Assembly (NCBI GenBank): GCA_951406725.2
Contig: OX597816.1
Location: forward strand, 77,376,001-77,440,000
Source: Octopus vulgaris
Lineage: Eukaryota
Direction: 5' to 3'
Length of the DNA stretch: 64,000 nt
Numbering within the stretch: position 1 is the stretch's first letter; every line of letters begins with the position of its first letter. The notes under the pieces are model-generated. The model searched no databases and was not told where the DNA came from. It worked only from the letters and a program-made list of their open reading frames with translations. The position numbers were made by a program, and so were the translations under genes. Shown here in pieces: positions 26,546-38,799 of this stretch.

Positions 26546-26776
26546 GTTAAAGATTAAAATATTTTAGCAATTTTTATACAGTTCTTAATAATATATAATT
26601 ATAAAAATATAATGAGATATTTTAAACATTGAGTGGCTAGGGATGAGTCTCTGTAGAGTAATATAGGAATCAAAAGGGTCGAGAGGCAAAAAATGGTTGC
26701 GTACCACTGGTTTAGACGGAAGAAGCAATCGATTATATTGATTCAAGAACTCGAATAAATATCATATCTCACACTC

Positions 26777-27077
26777 CATCAGTTACGACGACGAAGGTCC
26801 CAGTTGATCCGGAACAGCCTGCACGTGAAATTAACGTGCAAGTGGCTGAGCACTCCACAGAGACCGGTACCCTTAACGTAGTTCTCTGGAAGATTCGGCG
26901 TGACACAGAATGTAACAAGGCTGGCCTTTTGAAAAACAGGTACTACTCATTTTTGCCAGCTGAGTGGACTGGAGCAAAGTGAAATAAAGTGTCTTGCTCA
27001 AGGACACAGCGCGCTGCCAAGAATCGAACTCACGGTCGTGAGCCGAATACTCTAACTAGTAAGCCACGCGCCTTCAC
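26777..27077 (-). mobile_element. SINE family E (tRNA head, CORE-like segment)
   Basis: Minus strand gtgaaggcgcgtggctta...gagttcgattc...gtgtccttgagcaagacacttta; related fragments at 48.9-49.2, 55.5 and 56.6 kb. Confidence 0.75.
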
Positions 27078-27523
27078 AGTACTCGAATAATAATTTATTT
27101 TATTGACCTTAGATGGAGGGAAGTGGATTTCAACGGAATTTGAATTCAGAATGTGATATGGCTTAACTCTTTTTCATTTCCGGTAGGAATTTAGTACTTA
27201 GCATTTCCTTCACACAACCAATGCTGAAAGTGAGTGAGTGGGAGGGAAAGAGAGAGGGGTAGGAGAGAGAGTGCGGACAAAGAGAGGAATTGATCCCAGT
27301 ACTTAGGTGTTGTTTTGTTTATCGATTCTAGAAGTATTAATGACAAAGTTGACCTCGGAGCGATTTGAACTCAGAATGCCAAGAGCTAGAACAATTACTG
27401 CGAAGCATTTGTTCGACGCTCAAAGGTTCCTGGCAATCGACCCCCATCACGAACTTTTGAGATCAATTTAAATGAATTGTCACCAGCCCCTCCGTACGAG
27501 TGTTAGGAAGTATTGTTATTATT

Positions 27524-27851
27524 ACTTTCTACTCTAGGCACAAGACCCGAAATTGTGGGGGAGAGGGACAGTCGATTAGATCGACCCCAGTACGCAACTG
27601 GTACTTAATTTATCGACTTCGAAAGGGTGAAAGGCAAAGTCGACCTCGGCGGAATTTGAAAATAGAACGTAAAGACAGACAAAATACCTATTTCTTTACT
27701 ACCCACAAGGGGCTAAACACTGAGACGACAAACAAGGACAGACAAAGGGATTAAGTCGATTATATCGACCCCAGTGCGTAACTGGTACTTATTTAATCGA
27801 TCCCGAAAGGATGAAAGGCAAAGTCGACCTCGGCGGAATTTGAACTCAGAA
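27524..27851 (-). mobile_element. SINE family B dimer, head truncated
   Basis: Two bodies with the aaatacc|tatttc junction on the forward strand. Confidence 0.85.
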
Positions 27852-28708
27852 CATAAGTTCTATGTGCCACCAATATTTTTAGGCAAAAGCGAGAGTGGAA
27901 AAATACGTCATGCGTCGTGGATTTTAGTGTCTTTGTGCAACGAGAAAGTGAGAGGTAATCTTTGCTTGCAGATCTAGTTTCATTCGTCCAGGTGTTTGTC
28001 AGTAAAGCAACAAATAAAGTTAGTTCAAATGAAGAAAGTGTAAACCATTCACTTGACTTTAGTAACCTCATGTTTAGAAACCTGTTGCTAGTATTTTGAC
28101 ATTGGTAACACGATACCAGTAACACCGACAACATAATACCAAAAACCTGGTGCTAGCTTTAAGATGTGAACAACTGAAATACTGCTGCTGCTGGTGGTGT
28201 TGTTGTCTTTGTTGTTGTTATCGTCCTTATATTTGTTTACCTCCAGATCAACCCAGACAGGGCATACTTATGATTAAGGACATTCAAGTCATTGCCAACT
28301 TGTCTTGTTTATATATATCAGAGTCTATATTGTACAATATACCCTTTCCTTTTTAAAGAGTGCATTTTAAAGGAGATTTACATGCTATTTCTAACAGCAG
28401 AAGCTCTCTCGTTATCTCGTATTACAACTAAATGCTGTAGTTATTGTTGCTTAGTCCTATTTCTGATCAAGCAGACCTGGGAATAAAAACATCCTAACCA
28501 TGGCCATTAAGTCTTTTCAGACAATTTATCTCAGATTACATTATCCAATATGTCCATTTTTAAGCCGAGGACGTGTTTTCCAAGGAAATTTAGCTGCTAT
28601 TTCTAACAGATTGAACTGAGCTCTTAAGGTCTGTACGTTGATCTGCTGATGAAAATGAAAGTCAATAACATTACTGTAATATTTTTTCAAGATATAGTGT
28701 AGCTAGAA

Positions 28709-28905
28709 CTCGGAGGTGCTGAAAAGTTCCTGACTTTGGGTAACAGAAAATACAAGATCAGTTAATTATAATTTTATTCAACATATTCCCCTCTCAGCAG
28801 TTCTTCAGTTTTTCTAAGCCCTGTAAAAGAGCTCGAAAGGTTAGGCCTCCAACCAGGCCTTTCGCAACACCCTTAAAGCCAGGAACTTTTCAGCAACCCC
28901 TCATA
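28709..28905. mobile_element. Mariner-type MITE
   Basis: TIRs ggtgctgaaaagttcctgacttt / aaagccaggaacttttcagcaacc; other copies at about 47350-47523, 53895-53999 and 61328-61545. Confidence 0.8.
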
Positions 28906-29444
28906 TATTATCCAATGTGTTGGTAAGGTGAGATAGAGGTGGGGAGCTTTAACCGCTAGTTCCAGCTGTTCGATACACAGCGTAAAGGCTTCCTCGTTGG
29001 CTTTTCTTTTATGAATCAGCATTACATCAACAGTTAATATGCGACACGCCATCAACAACACTTGAGAATTAATTTGCTTGCTCAGCTTATTGTTCATGCT
29101 AAGTTAGCTGTTAGTAACCTTCTGTAATGTAAATTTTAATGACATAGTGTTTCTTTCGAATATCTGATTTTATTGCTCGAAAAGCGATATAGTTTGTTTT
29201 TTTTTTCTTTTTCGGGAAATAATATAATTCGCACTCACACATAGGAGCAAACACGTGCACGTACAGTTGCCAATTATGTCTACTTTTCGTAGCGAGGCTA
29301 AAACTAAGCTTATTAAACGAAATATTATGACTTTAAAATAATCATCTATGTATCCTGCTTAACGTAAATAAATCGTTGAAAGACAATTTACAGCGGTATT
29401 CGTCCAGAGATGGCGTCTCCTGTGGCCATGCAATACTTAAAAAC

Positions 29445-29479
<35 letters not shown>

Positions 29480-29481
<2 letters not shown>

Positions 29482-29790
29482 CACCAAGTAAGTTAGGTTG
29501 TTGTAGATCCAACCCACTAAGGGATAATACTTATCCAATATACTGTTGGTATAATACCCAAATTATTAATACACAAGTGTTTTTAATTGCAATGCAATTG
29601 ACTTACTTATTGTATTAAATGGGTGAAGGTAAAGAAATATTTTACCATTAATTTATAATACAAATAAGAAAATGGAGAAACAATTTAGTTCTCGTTTTGT
29701 TAAATAAATAAATAAATAAGTCAACATTCTAATATCCGAAAGCTGATGAACCAACTAAATTGTTTCTCCATTTTGTTATTTGTATTATAT
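29480..29790. repeat. Fold-back element of the same family as 25611-26085, opposite orientation, in (TA)n
   Basis: Tail followed by inverted arms atacaaataagaaaatggagaaacaatttagtt / aactaaattgtttctccattttgttatttgtat. Confidence 0.8.
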
Positions 29791-30315
29791 ATATACCGAA
29801 AACGCCAGATGCATTCCGACCTCGTTGAACTTTGTCAGTGGCATGTACACATGCTTAGTCCAAAATATATTCTGCTTTTAAACATACCACATCCATAAGA
29901 CAAGTTATAGCTGAACGAATGCCGTAGTAAATTGCCTTTCAACGCTGTATTTACATTAAATATGATACATAGATTACTATTTTAATTTAAAACTGCTTCT
30001 ATTGCATGTGGTGGATTGTAACTTTGGTTACAAATTAAATTTCAAGTACTCTCCGTGGGTGCTCCAGCTAATACGCACAGCCAGCATTGTATCGTTATAA
30101 AATCATCAAAATATAAGATTATGGCCCATAATATTATCAAAATGTAGTGACTAAAACCATTAAATGCAAGAATAAAAGAACTACACTTTCTTAGCAAGCA
30201 GAATTAATTAATCGAATCCTAATGGTGACCTTAACAAAAGCCGAAACTAAGTGATTAGTAGGTCATAATCTCAAGTCATTCGACTAAGAAAAGTTATGGG
30301 GACATAAACACACCG

Positions 30316-30382
<67 letters not shown>

Positions 30383-30732
30383 GGGCTTCTTTTAGTTTCC
30401 ATCTACCAAATCCACTCACAAGGCTTTGCTTGGCCCGAGGCTATAGTAGGTACCACTAGGTACCACGCAGTGGAACTGAACCAAAATCATGTAGTCAGGA
30501 AGCAAGCTTCTTACCACAGTCATGGCAGCACCGATATGTGGGGGGGGCGTGTGCGTGTATCTATACTCATACATACATACATACATACATACATACATAC
30601 ATACATACATACATACATACATACATACATACATACTTACAAGTATATTTCTCCGACTTGGTTTGTTCTTCAGTTTTTCCGACATTCCAGAATGATATCC
30701 AGTCAATCATTTATATCCTTGTATTTCACTAG

Positions 30733-30896
30733 GTTTTGGTATCGGTGGTATGATCCACAGTGGTCTACAACTGGGACAGCATTTGCAACTTATCGGTGGA
30801 TCGAATGACTGTGATGGTCTAATGCAAATTGTAAAGCCACTATTTCATCTGGTTTTTACTTTTGTCCAACTCTATTTTGTATTTCTCAACCCTAAG
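30733..30896 (+). CDS. Otop: Otopetrin exon, TM3-TM4 (FGIGGMIHSGLQLGQ...FTFVQLYFVFLNPK)
   Basis: tttcactag acceptor and aag|gtaa donor; FGxGxMI and FxQxYF motifs; phases 1 to 0 are consistent. Confidence 0.95.
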
Positions 30897-31130
30897 GTAA
30901 ACTATTTATATTTACAGATTTTTTTTCCATTTTTTATTTGGTCTACATGATTTTTTATGTGACACCGTGTGTTGAAACAGATTTTGTTTGATCCTGGGAA
31001 GGTCATTATGCCAATAATAAATCTGTAATTTTAAGGAAATCATCAGTTGAAGACATTTCATTCCACATACATCTTTGAAAATGCATGAACAAATTACTTT
31101 TCTCTAATTGTTTATTTTTGTTTACCACAG

Positions 31131-31458
31131 GTTTGCATCCATCGCTACAAGACATTGGCTCGTTTCGGATTAATGCATATGTGCGGCACAAATATCTGTG
31201 TCTGGTTTCGTAATATTGTAGTGGAAACACTGCATGAGATGCATTCTGGGATTGCTCACTCTTCCAACGGTCATGGCAGTCACGGTCTCAAACATCCGCT
31301 CGTTGAACATCACCAAAACAATCACACTACACATCCAAGCATTCATATGCATACCGTTCATCACGTTAAAGATACACATCATATAGAACATACTCACAAC
31401 TCGTCTCTTCAGCTCCATTCTCACCACAATGCAAATGTTTCTTCCAGGCTAATTGCAG
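31131..31458 (+). CDS. Otop: Otopetrin exon, TM5 plus His-rich loop (ARFGLMHMCGTNICVW...)
   Basis: tttaccacag acceptor and g|gtaatt donor; RFGLMHxxxTNxxxW is the conserved OTOP TM5 motif. Confidence 0.96.
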
Positions 31459-31617
31459 GTAATTGTGAACATTTTTTTTCCTTTTATTTTCCGTGAAAGA
31501 AGCACAGGCATGGTTGTGTGTTTAAGAAACTCACCACAGCATTTTGGGCATGTGACATCCGTTACAGCCTTGAGCGGTCAAACCTGTGTGTGTGAGTTTG
31601 GTAGAAGGAAAGCGCGC

Positions 31618-31653
<36 letters not shown>

Positions 31654-31753
31654 ATTTACTTATGCTTATATAATATATATAAATATATACATCGATTTTC
31701 TTTTAAAAATCCTGTCTGCATGAGCATTAATTTTTACATTGCACACACATTTC

Positions 31754-31832
<79 letters not shown>

Positions 31833-31849
31833 AATATATATATATATAT

Positions 31850-32203
31850 ACTCTTTTACTTGTTTCATTTGACTGCGGCCATGCTGGAGCACCGCTTTTA
31901 GTCGAGCTTATTCTTTGTAAGCCCAGTACTTATTCTATCGGTCTCTTTTGCCGAACCGCTGAGTGACGGGGACATAAACACACCAGCATCGGTTGTCAAG
32001 CAATGCTAGGGGGACAAACACACACACACATATATATACATACGGGCTTCTTTCAGTTTCCGTCAACCAAATCCACTCACAAGGCTTTGGTTGGCCCGAG
32101 GCTATAGCAGAAGACACTTGCCCAAGATGCCACGCAGTGGGACTGAACCCGGAACCATGTGGTTGGTAAGGAAGCTACTTACCACACAGCCACTCCTGCG
32201 CCT
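31850..32203 (-). mobile_element. SINE family A
   Basis: Reverse complement of the 35975 copy. Confidence 0.9.
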
Positions 32204-32264
32204 GTATATGTATGTATATATATTTATATATATAAATATATATTTATATATATAAATATATATT

Positions 32265-32315
<51 letters not shown>

Positions 32316-33510
32316 CCTGCGCATAATGTAAATAAGCGTTGATGCAGGCGTACAGGACATTTAAAAGAAAATCAAAAGTTAACAATGTAGAGGAGCGTAT
32401 TAATGTAATAGAATAACGTATGCGACGGGGTTACTAATGTACAAGCCTAGTGCGGAATATTATTATGACTTTTGGAATGCTTCCTATATTTCCATGTGTC
32501 TCTTAGATATTATTTTACGCTTCGTAGGTGAAATTTATCCCCTTGTTAACAGTTTGTTCGTTACTGCCGTTAGAGTTCAGTTGCAGCACTCTGACAGCGT
32601 TTTGATCAAAGAATTCTGAAAGCTTACTTACTCAGGATTACTTCTGATCTGAATACTGATTTGTAGTGAGTCGCGTATTTATTTCAACATTAACTATTTT
32701 CTTTGATTACCTTAGAATAAATAGGTTTTTACCAGTAAAGCGAGAGTAATGAATGGACAAATAACGACTATATTTATAGTCGTCTGCCTATTGTCTGTGA
32801 CCATTGAGGAGATAACTACTCCTAAATGCTAGCATCTCACAGTCTACGTAGATGGCGCTGCGAGCTGATCTCGGTGTATGCACACCATTTTTCAACAAGC
32901 GATATATATTCTCCATGACAAAACTCAGTGAGTAGCTTGTTCTCGAGTTCGAACGTGCATCAAGTATATTCGGACTGATAATAATATTGCAAGCTATATT
33001 TATATTGAAACGTCTTTGACTGTATAAGGAGTGTCGTCATAGTCGTGCGGTTAAGAATTTCGCTTTACAATTGTGTTGTTCTGCGTTCGATATCAGTGGA
33101 CGGTACCTTGAGCGTGTGTCTTCTCCCACAGCCTTCAGTCACCCCTGCCATTAAGAGTGAAATAGAATCAATGGAAACTGTACAAAAACCTATTGAAATG
33201 TACCTCTTCTTGAGTAGAAGATAATCTGTTGCCCAATTTAATACTACTACCTTTTTCTGTATGTGTGGTCATTCGTGGGATGGGGTCTGTTGCAAACATT
33301 CTGATGAAGCCTACACTTTAAAAATAACCCATGGACGGTTTATTCCTCCATTCCCTGTCGCTTGTTTTGAAGGATCTCCAAAGCCATGGGCACTACTCTT
33401 TCTCATCTAATTAAGCAATAAAATTATCAATAATTCCATTGTTGTACTGAATCTAATGATGTTTATTGTTTTGTTTTTTTGTTTTTTCCTTAATTAATTT
33501 TCTTCTACAG

Positions 33511-33663
33511 CGATGGTCAGTACTGTGAATTCTCATGAAACAAAGGCTTTGAAAACACTTCCTGATGTAAACTGCTACTGGAATAAAATGATGGGCAAAG
33601 TGGTGGAACAAGCAGGGCCTTATCTCTATCCTTGCAGTATTGAATACAGTCTTATTTGTGCCG
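33511..33663 (+). CDS. Otop: Otopetrin exon, end of loop and TM6 (…PYLYPCSIEYSLICA)
   Basis: ttctacag acceptor and g|gtaag donor; LYPxxIEYSL motif. Confidence 0.96.
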
Positions 33664-33988
33664 GTAAGACATTATGATCTATGAAAACCCTTAATCTTAA
33701 CTGAAACATTTGTTATCTCTTTATGTTAGATAGATCCATCGCCCGGTTTAATATACCACCTGTTTTTAGAATGCATTCATATCCTAATGTCCTTCATTTT
33801 TAAGATTGTAATTTATGATTTGAGGGGAATCTGGCTTCTATTTCTAGAGTCGAGCAACGGCGTAGATGCGCCTTTGTTAGCTCGATATTTTTATTAGACT
33901 AAATTTCAGTTTCAATACAAACCTGATAATTTATTAAGTAAATAAGAAATATTTAAGGAGTCTCCAATATCTTCATTTCTAATTTCAG

Positions 33989-34788
33989 GTATAATGTTTG
34001 TACTTTGGCAACAAGTTGGTCGAGGACCAAAACCCATTTTCACAAAAACCAACGGACAAAATGCTGATGATGACTTTCAGGAATCTCGCTCATATCGTTT
34101 GAGTGTTGACTGTGGTGGTTCAAGTCGAGGCCTTTTCCTCGGCATTCTTCTTTTCGTGGGTGCCGTTATAACAATGGTAGCTTTCTATGTTTTAGTTCAC
34201 AAAGAAAATATGACAATTACTGCCTTGGCTCTGGTTCATCTCTCTGAAATAATAATATACTTGTTGGGTTTAATTGCAACCATAACAGCCGCATGGCGCA
34301 TGCGTGGTCTGGCTTACAAACCTGGCCATGCATCCGTTCTCGAAAGCGTCCTTATATTGATATCCTTAACCGGTGTGTTTATTTTCTGCCTCTTTGGAAT
34401 CATTGCCGCTCTTTTCCACGAGGAAAGTGGTATAACGAACACTTTGTCAATTGCATCGAATCTCATGATGATTATTCAGTCCATAGTTCAAACTGTATTT
34501 ATGGCTGTTGGTGCTGAAATGCAAGCTTATACCCAAGCTCAAGAACGTCAAAAACCAGGACGAGAACTGGTCACATTTCTCATATTGTGCAATTTGTCCC
34601 TTTGGGGCATCAATACATTCGAAACACAGCGCGCTGAACATAATCCCATTCAAACGGATTTTTATGGACACATGGCTTGGGCAATACTTACACACATATC
34701 TGTACCCCTTGGAATATTTTTCCGATTTCATTCTACAGTTTGTCTATCAAATATCTGGAAAAACGCTTGGAAAATCAGACATCACTAA
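33989..34788 (+). CDS. Otop: Otopetrin terminal coding exon, TM7-TM12 (C-domain), stop TAA
   Basis: aatttcag acceptor; VDCxxSxRGLFLG, KPGRELVTFLxxCNxxLW and PLxIFFRFHS motifs; matches ORF 33994-34788. Confidence 0.97.
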
Positions 34789-35315
34789 TTATGATCTCCA
34801 AGTTATATTTATTAAATGTTTTTCATTGTTCTTCAAGTATTTTATTTTTCTCATCACTCACTTCAAATGCACTCTTCTTTACCTGACACTTGAAGGAATA
34901 ATCTCAAGTTGTTCAGCAGATAAAAAATACGTCGGAAACTCGGAGCGTAGGCAATTTTCATCTTCATACTAACATAGAACAAAAATTTTCTGTAATGGGG
35001 CATCGTTTTTGTTTTGTTTTATTTTGTTAACGACTTAATCACCAGAATTTAAAAGAAATCCATTTTACATCAAACATAATAGTTGAAAACATTTCACAAT
35101 TGATTACCTTGAGGAATTACGACCTAGATTACGGCAAAGATACGTTATCTACACAAGAAAAGATATCTGTAGTATTTATATTAACCATCTTACCTGAAGA
35201 TTACTTTTCGTTGTTATCTTCTGAAAAAAAAATTGACTTTTTTTTAAATTTCATCAATTCAAAAGACAGGATTTTTTTTCAACCTATATTGTACCAGAAA
35301 CCCTGTGAACGAAAA

Positions 35316-35770
35316 AATAAAAGTGCTAAGATCTTTGCAAATGTATACTCTTGGTTTTAACACTTATGAATCAACTTTGTGATTCAACTTAAAATTTTCT
35401 ATTCAGAAATTTTTCTATAACTTCTATCTAGAGAGAAATTCATTGTAAAACATATGGCCTTAGTTTTTAATATTGGATTAAAAAGAAACTTGGAAATATA
35501 AATATAAACTCTATAAATACCCAATCAGAAACAAACCGACGACAGAAGCTCTATACGGTCTTTCTACGTGCTAGAAATAGCAAGCAAATCTTCTTCACTT
35601 CACAAAAAGCCTTAAAAAGAAACGTTACATTAACTAACGTAGTACTAGATACACCATGTTTGAATAAAATACATGGAGCTCAATGGAGCTGAGATGACAG
35701 TTAAAAACAAATATAAAAGAACAATCACATCAAAATAAATATATATATATTTTTAATAATCAAGTAAATA
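35316..35770 (+). promoter_or_regulatory. Candidate polyadenylation signals of the otopetrin 3' UTR
   Basis: Several AATAAA hexamers (about 35316, 35663, 35734, 35766) in repeat-free sequence after the stop. AATAAA is common in AT-rich DNA, so this is weak. Confidence 0.3.
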
Positions 35771-35936
35771 AACTTTTTCATAATTCACAACTTCGTTAAT
35801 AATGTAATCTATACTCTAAATATTTTAAGTTCATACCAAAACACAGTAGCGTAGTTGACTCCTAACCACATCTTTACACTCCAGAATGAATCACTAAACT
35901 TTGTTCAGTATATATATATTTGTGTGTGTACGTGTG

Positions 35937-35974
<38 letters not shown>

Positions 35975-35979
<5 letters not shown>

Positions 35980-36380
35980 CGCAGGAGTGTCTGTGTGGTA
36001 AGTAGCTTGTTTACCAACCACATTGTTCCGGGTTCAGTCCCACTGCGTGGCACCTTGGGCAAGTGTCTTCTACTATAGCCTCGGGCCGACCAAAGCCTTG
36101 TGAGTGGATTTGGTAGACGGAAACTGAAAGAAGTCTGTCGTATATATGTAAATATATGTATATGCGTGTATGTTTGTGTGTCTGTGTTTGTCCCCCTAGC
36201 ATTGCTTGACAACCAATGCTGGTGTGTTTATGTCCCCGTCACTTAGCGGTTCGGCAAAAGAGACCGATAGTATAAGTACTGGGCTTACAAAGAATAAGTC
36301 CCGGGGACGAGTTGCTCGATTAAAGGCGGTGCTCCAGCATGGACACAGTCAAAATGACTGAAACAAGTAAAAAGAAAAAA
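35975..36380 (+). mobile_element. SINE family A, near full length
   Basis: ataggcgcaggagtg head, boxes A/B, body and A-rich tail. Confidence 0.9.
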
Positions 36381-36795
36381 AGAAAGAATATATATATATG
36401 TATGTATATAGACACACACACATATATACATGTATATACATATGTGTGTGTGTGTGTGCGTGTGTGTATGTGTGTGTATCTAGGTATCTTGAATGTATTT
36501 GCACATAGTCAGAAAAACATAAGTCAGAAAAACAGCCACGTGTATATTTGTCAATAGAGTGGCTCTGTGATTCTAATATCCGATGTGAAACCGATGAGTA
36601 AGATCGCATGTAATGGATCTATTATATTGTGTACTTTGACTAATGTGTATGCGTGTGTGTGTGTTTGTGGGTATACGTACGTATGTGTGTATATATATAT
36701 ATACATACACATATAACTGCAATTATATATATATATGTATATAAACATACATATACATACATACATATATATATGTATGTGTGTATATATATATG

Positions 36796-36850
<55 letters not shown>

Positions 36851-37361
36851 TGCAGTTATTACATTCCGCATTTAAATTGTTTTTCTATCATAATGTCACA
36901 AAAATCGAATTCATTTCCTGATCGAAGACAATCTGTGGTTTCTATTTAAGTTCTATATAAATCGTTCATGCTGTATATGGAAAATAGAATTGGTTATATT
37001 AATACAAAATGGAAAAAAAAACAAAAAAACTTCGGCTTTGTTTTCGTTCTTATTTTTTTTTTTTTTTACAACATTGTTTTGGCGCTGGAAATGTGCAGTC
37101 ACAACAACATCAACTCAAGGTCAACGAAAATACAGACTACCGTAATCATTTTACATTGTCTGCACCAGAAAAAAAAAATTTCTTTTTTTTTTACTTTTTC
37201 CTTTATTTATTTATCAATTTTTTTTTTCTAGATTGTCAATAATGTACTCAGTATCATATTTCAAAATATTCCACATAATCATGCCACCCTCCAACGGAGT
37301 ACACACACACACGCACATACATACACACACACATCCATACATATATATATATATATATATA

Positions 37362-37632
37362 TCACCGTGATCACCGTGACCGACCAGGCTATCAGATGTT
37401 GCTACACATCGCTGGTCACAATGCGCTTCGCACTGTTTTAGCCTTCAACTGACGCCACCCCCGCTGGCTAAGCGAGCAGGCCAACAGAAGAAAGAGTGAG
37501 AGAAAGTTGCGGCGAAAGAGTACAGCAGGGATCGCCACCACCGGAGCCTCGTGGAGCTTTAGGTGTTTTCGCTCAATAAACAATCACAACGCCCGGTCTG
37601 GGAATCGAAACCGCGAGTCCGCTGCCCTAACC
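37362..37632 (-). mobile_element. SINE family C (tRNA-Arg-like head; resembles octopus OR-type SINEs)
   Basis: Minus strand ggaggcgcaatgg..cagtggttagggcagcggactcgcgg..ttcgattccc; second copy at 46935-47229. Confidence 0.8.
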
Positions 37633-37657
37633 ACTGGACCATTGCGCCTCCATACAC

Positions 37658-37725
<68 letters not shown>

Positions 37726-37756
37726 GAAAGAATGGAGTCGAAGATGTTAACAAAAT

Positions 37757-37852
37757 TCCTTTACTCTCGACACATGTTTCGAAGACAGCATATTTTCATT
37801 CCGAAGGAATAAAGGGTGCATTATGCAATCTTCTCATCAGGAAAGAAAAGGA
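37757..37852 (-). ncRNA. Type I hammerhead ribozyme (minimal stem III)
   Basis: Minus strand: stem I tccttttctttc / gagagtaaagga, core CTGATGA, stem II gaagattgcata / tatgctgtcttc, GAAAC-ATGT-GTC. All conserved core nucleotides are present. Confidence 0.85.
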
Positions 37853-38508
37853 GCCTCTCTCGACAACAAGACAAAAAAAAAAAATTCCAATCCGTTAGAA
37901 GCATTGACGTCAATAAGGGCAGGAGATTTTGTAACATTTATAACTCTGAACTCTTCCATATTTTTTTCGCTAAGGTTCCCCTAGTAAACACACTCAGAAA
38001 AATCGTACAAATGTAAATATTGGCAGAAACACACTTTCTACTCATATAAATGATAACGATAGTCACTGTAATTTTAACAATTAGCTTCACGTCCACCCCA
38101 TTGCTATAGAGAAATTCTTTCCGAAGCCTTCGAACATTCTTTCAGTCAACGTACACTTCCCTCTCCACTTGCTCCCTACCTATTACTCCTTTATATCTTC
38201 CCTTACTACTACCTATCTTTGACGTCTGTCTCTCTCTCACACACACAATCACACACACATACACAAATGCAGTTATACACACACACACACAAACACACGC
38301 ATTCATTAACACAAGCACACACCCACACATTTCCATACATACACCAAACATACTGTCCCCTACCTATTTTTACTTCCTCCTACTATCCATTTTTGACGTC
38401 AATGCTTCTAACGGATTTTTTAAAAAAAACACTCATTATCGCTTTGGTTACCATGTAGGCAATCATCGGAATTTTTTTTTTTTTTTTTTTTGTCTTGTCG
38501 AGAGAGGT

Positions 38509-38604
38509 TCCTTTTCTTTCCTGATGAGAAGATTGCATAATGCACCCTTTATTCCTTCGGAATGAAAATATGCTGTCTTCGAAACATGTGTCAAGAGTAA
38601 AGGA
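38509..38604 (+). ncRNA. Type I hammerhead ribozyme, inverted twin of 37757-37852
   Basis: CTGATGA at 38521-38527, GAAAC at 38581-38585, GTC triplet at 38590-38592; the first pair of stem I is a C-A mismatch in this copy. Confidence 0.78.
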
Positions 38605-38799
38605 ATTTTGTTAACATCTTCGTTCGACTCCACTCTTTCATGTATTCATATACAACACACAAATTTCTACACATGAACACGGAGTTTCAACCCCTGACAG
38701 GTCGCTTCAACCGTGTTTTCTGACGTGAATTTGCTACCCATGTTTCGGTTAAACGAACTTTCCATGCTGACGATAAACATAGGATAATTCATTCACCTA

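Larger units (their letters stand above)
25311..26709. mobile_element. hAT-type MITE expanded by nested insertions
   Basis: TIRs tagtggttctcaacc / ggttgcgtaccactg; 8-bp TSD ctttagac (25303-25310) and gtttagac (26710-26717). Confidence 0.8.

Noticed and set aside
33301-33340. CTGATGA heptamers here and near 5028, 28645 and 29743
   Set aside because: No paired stem II followed by GAAA and NUH.
34293-34972. Overlapping alternative-frame and antisense ORFs
   Set aside because: They are shadows of the otopetrin terminal exon with no recognisable motifs.
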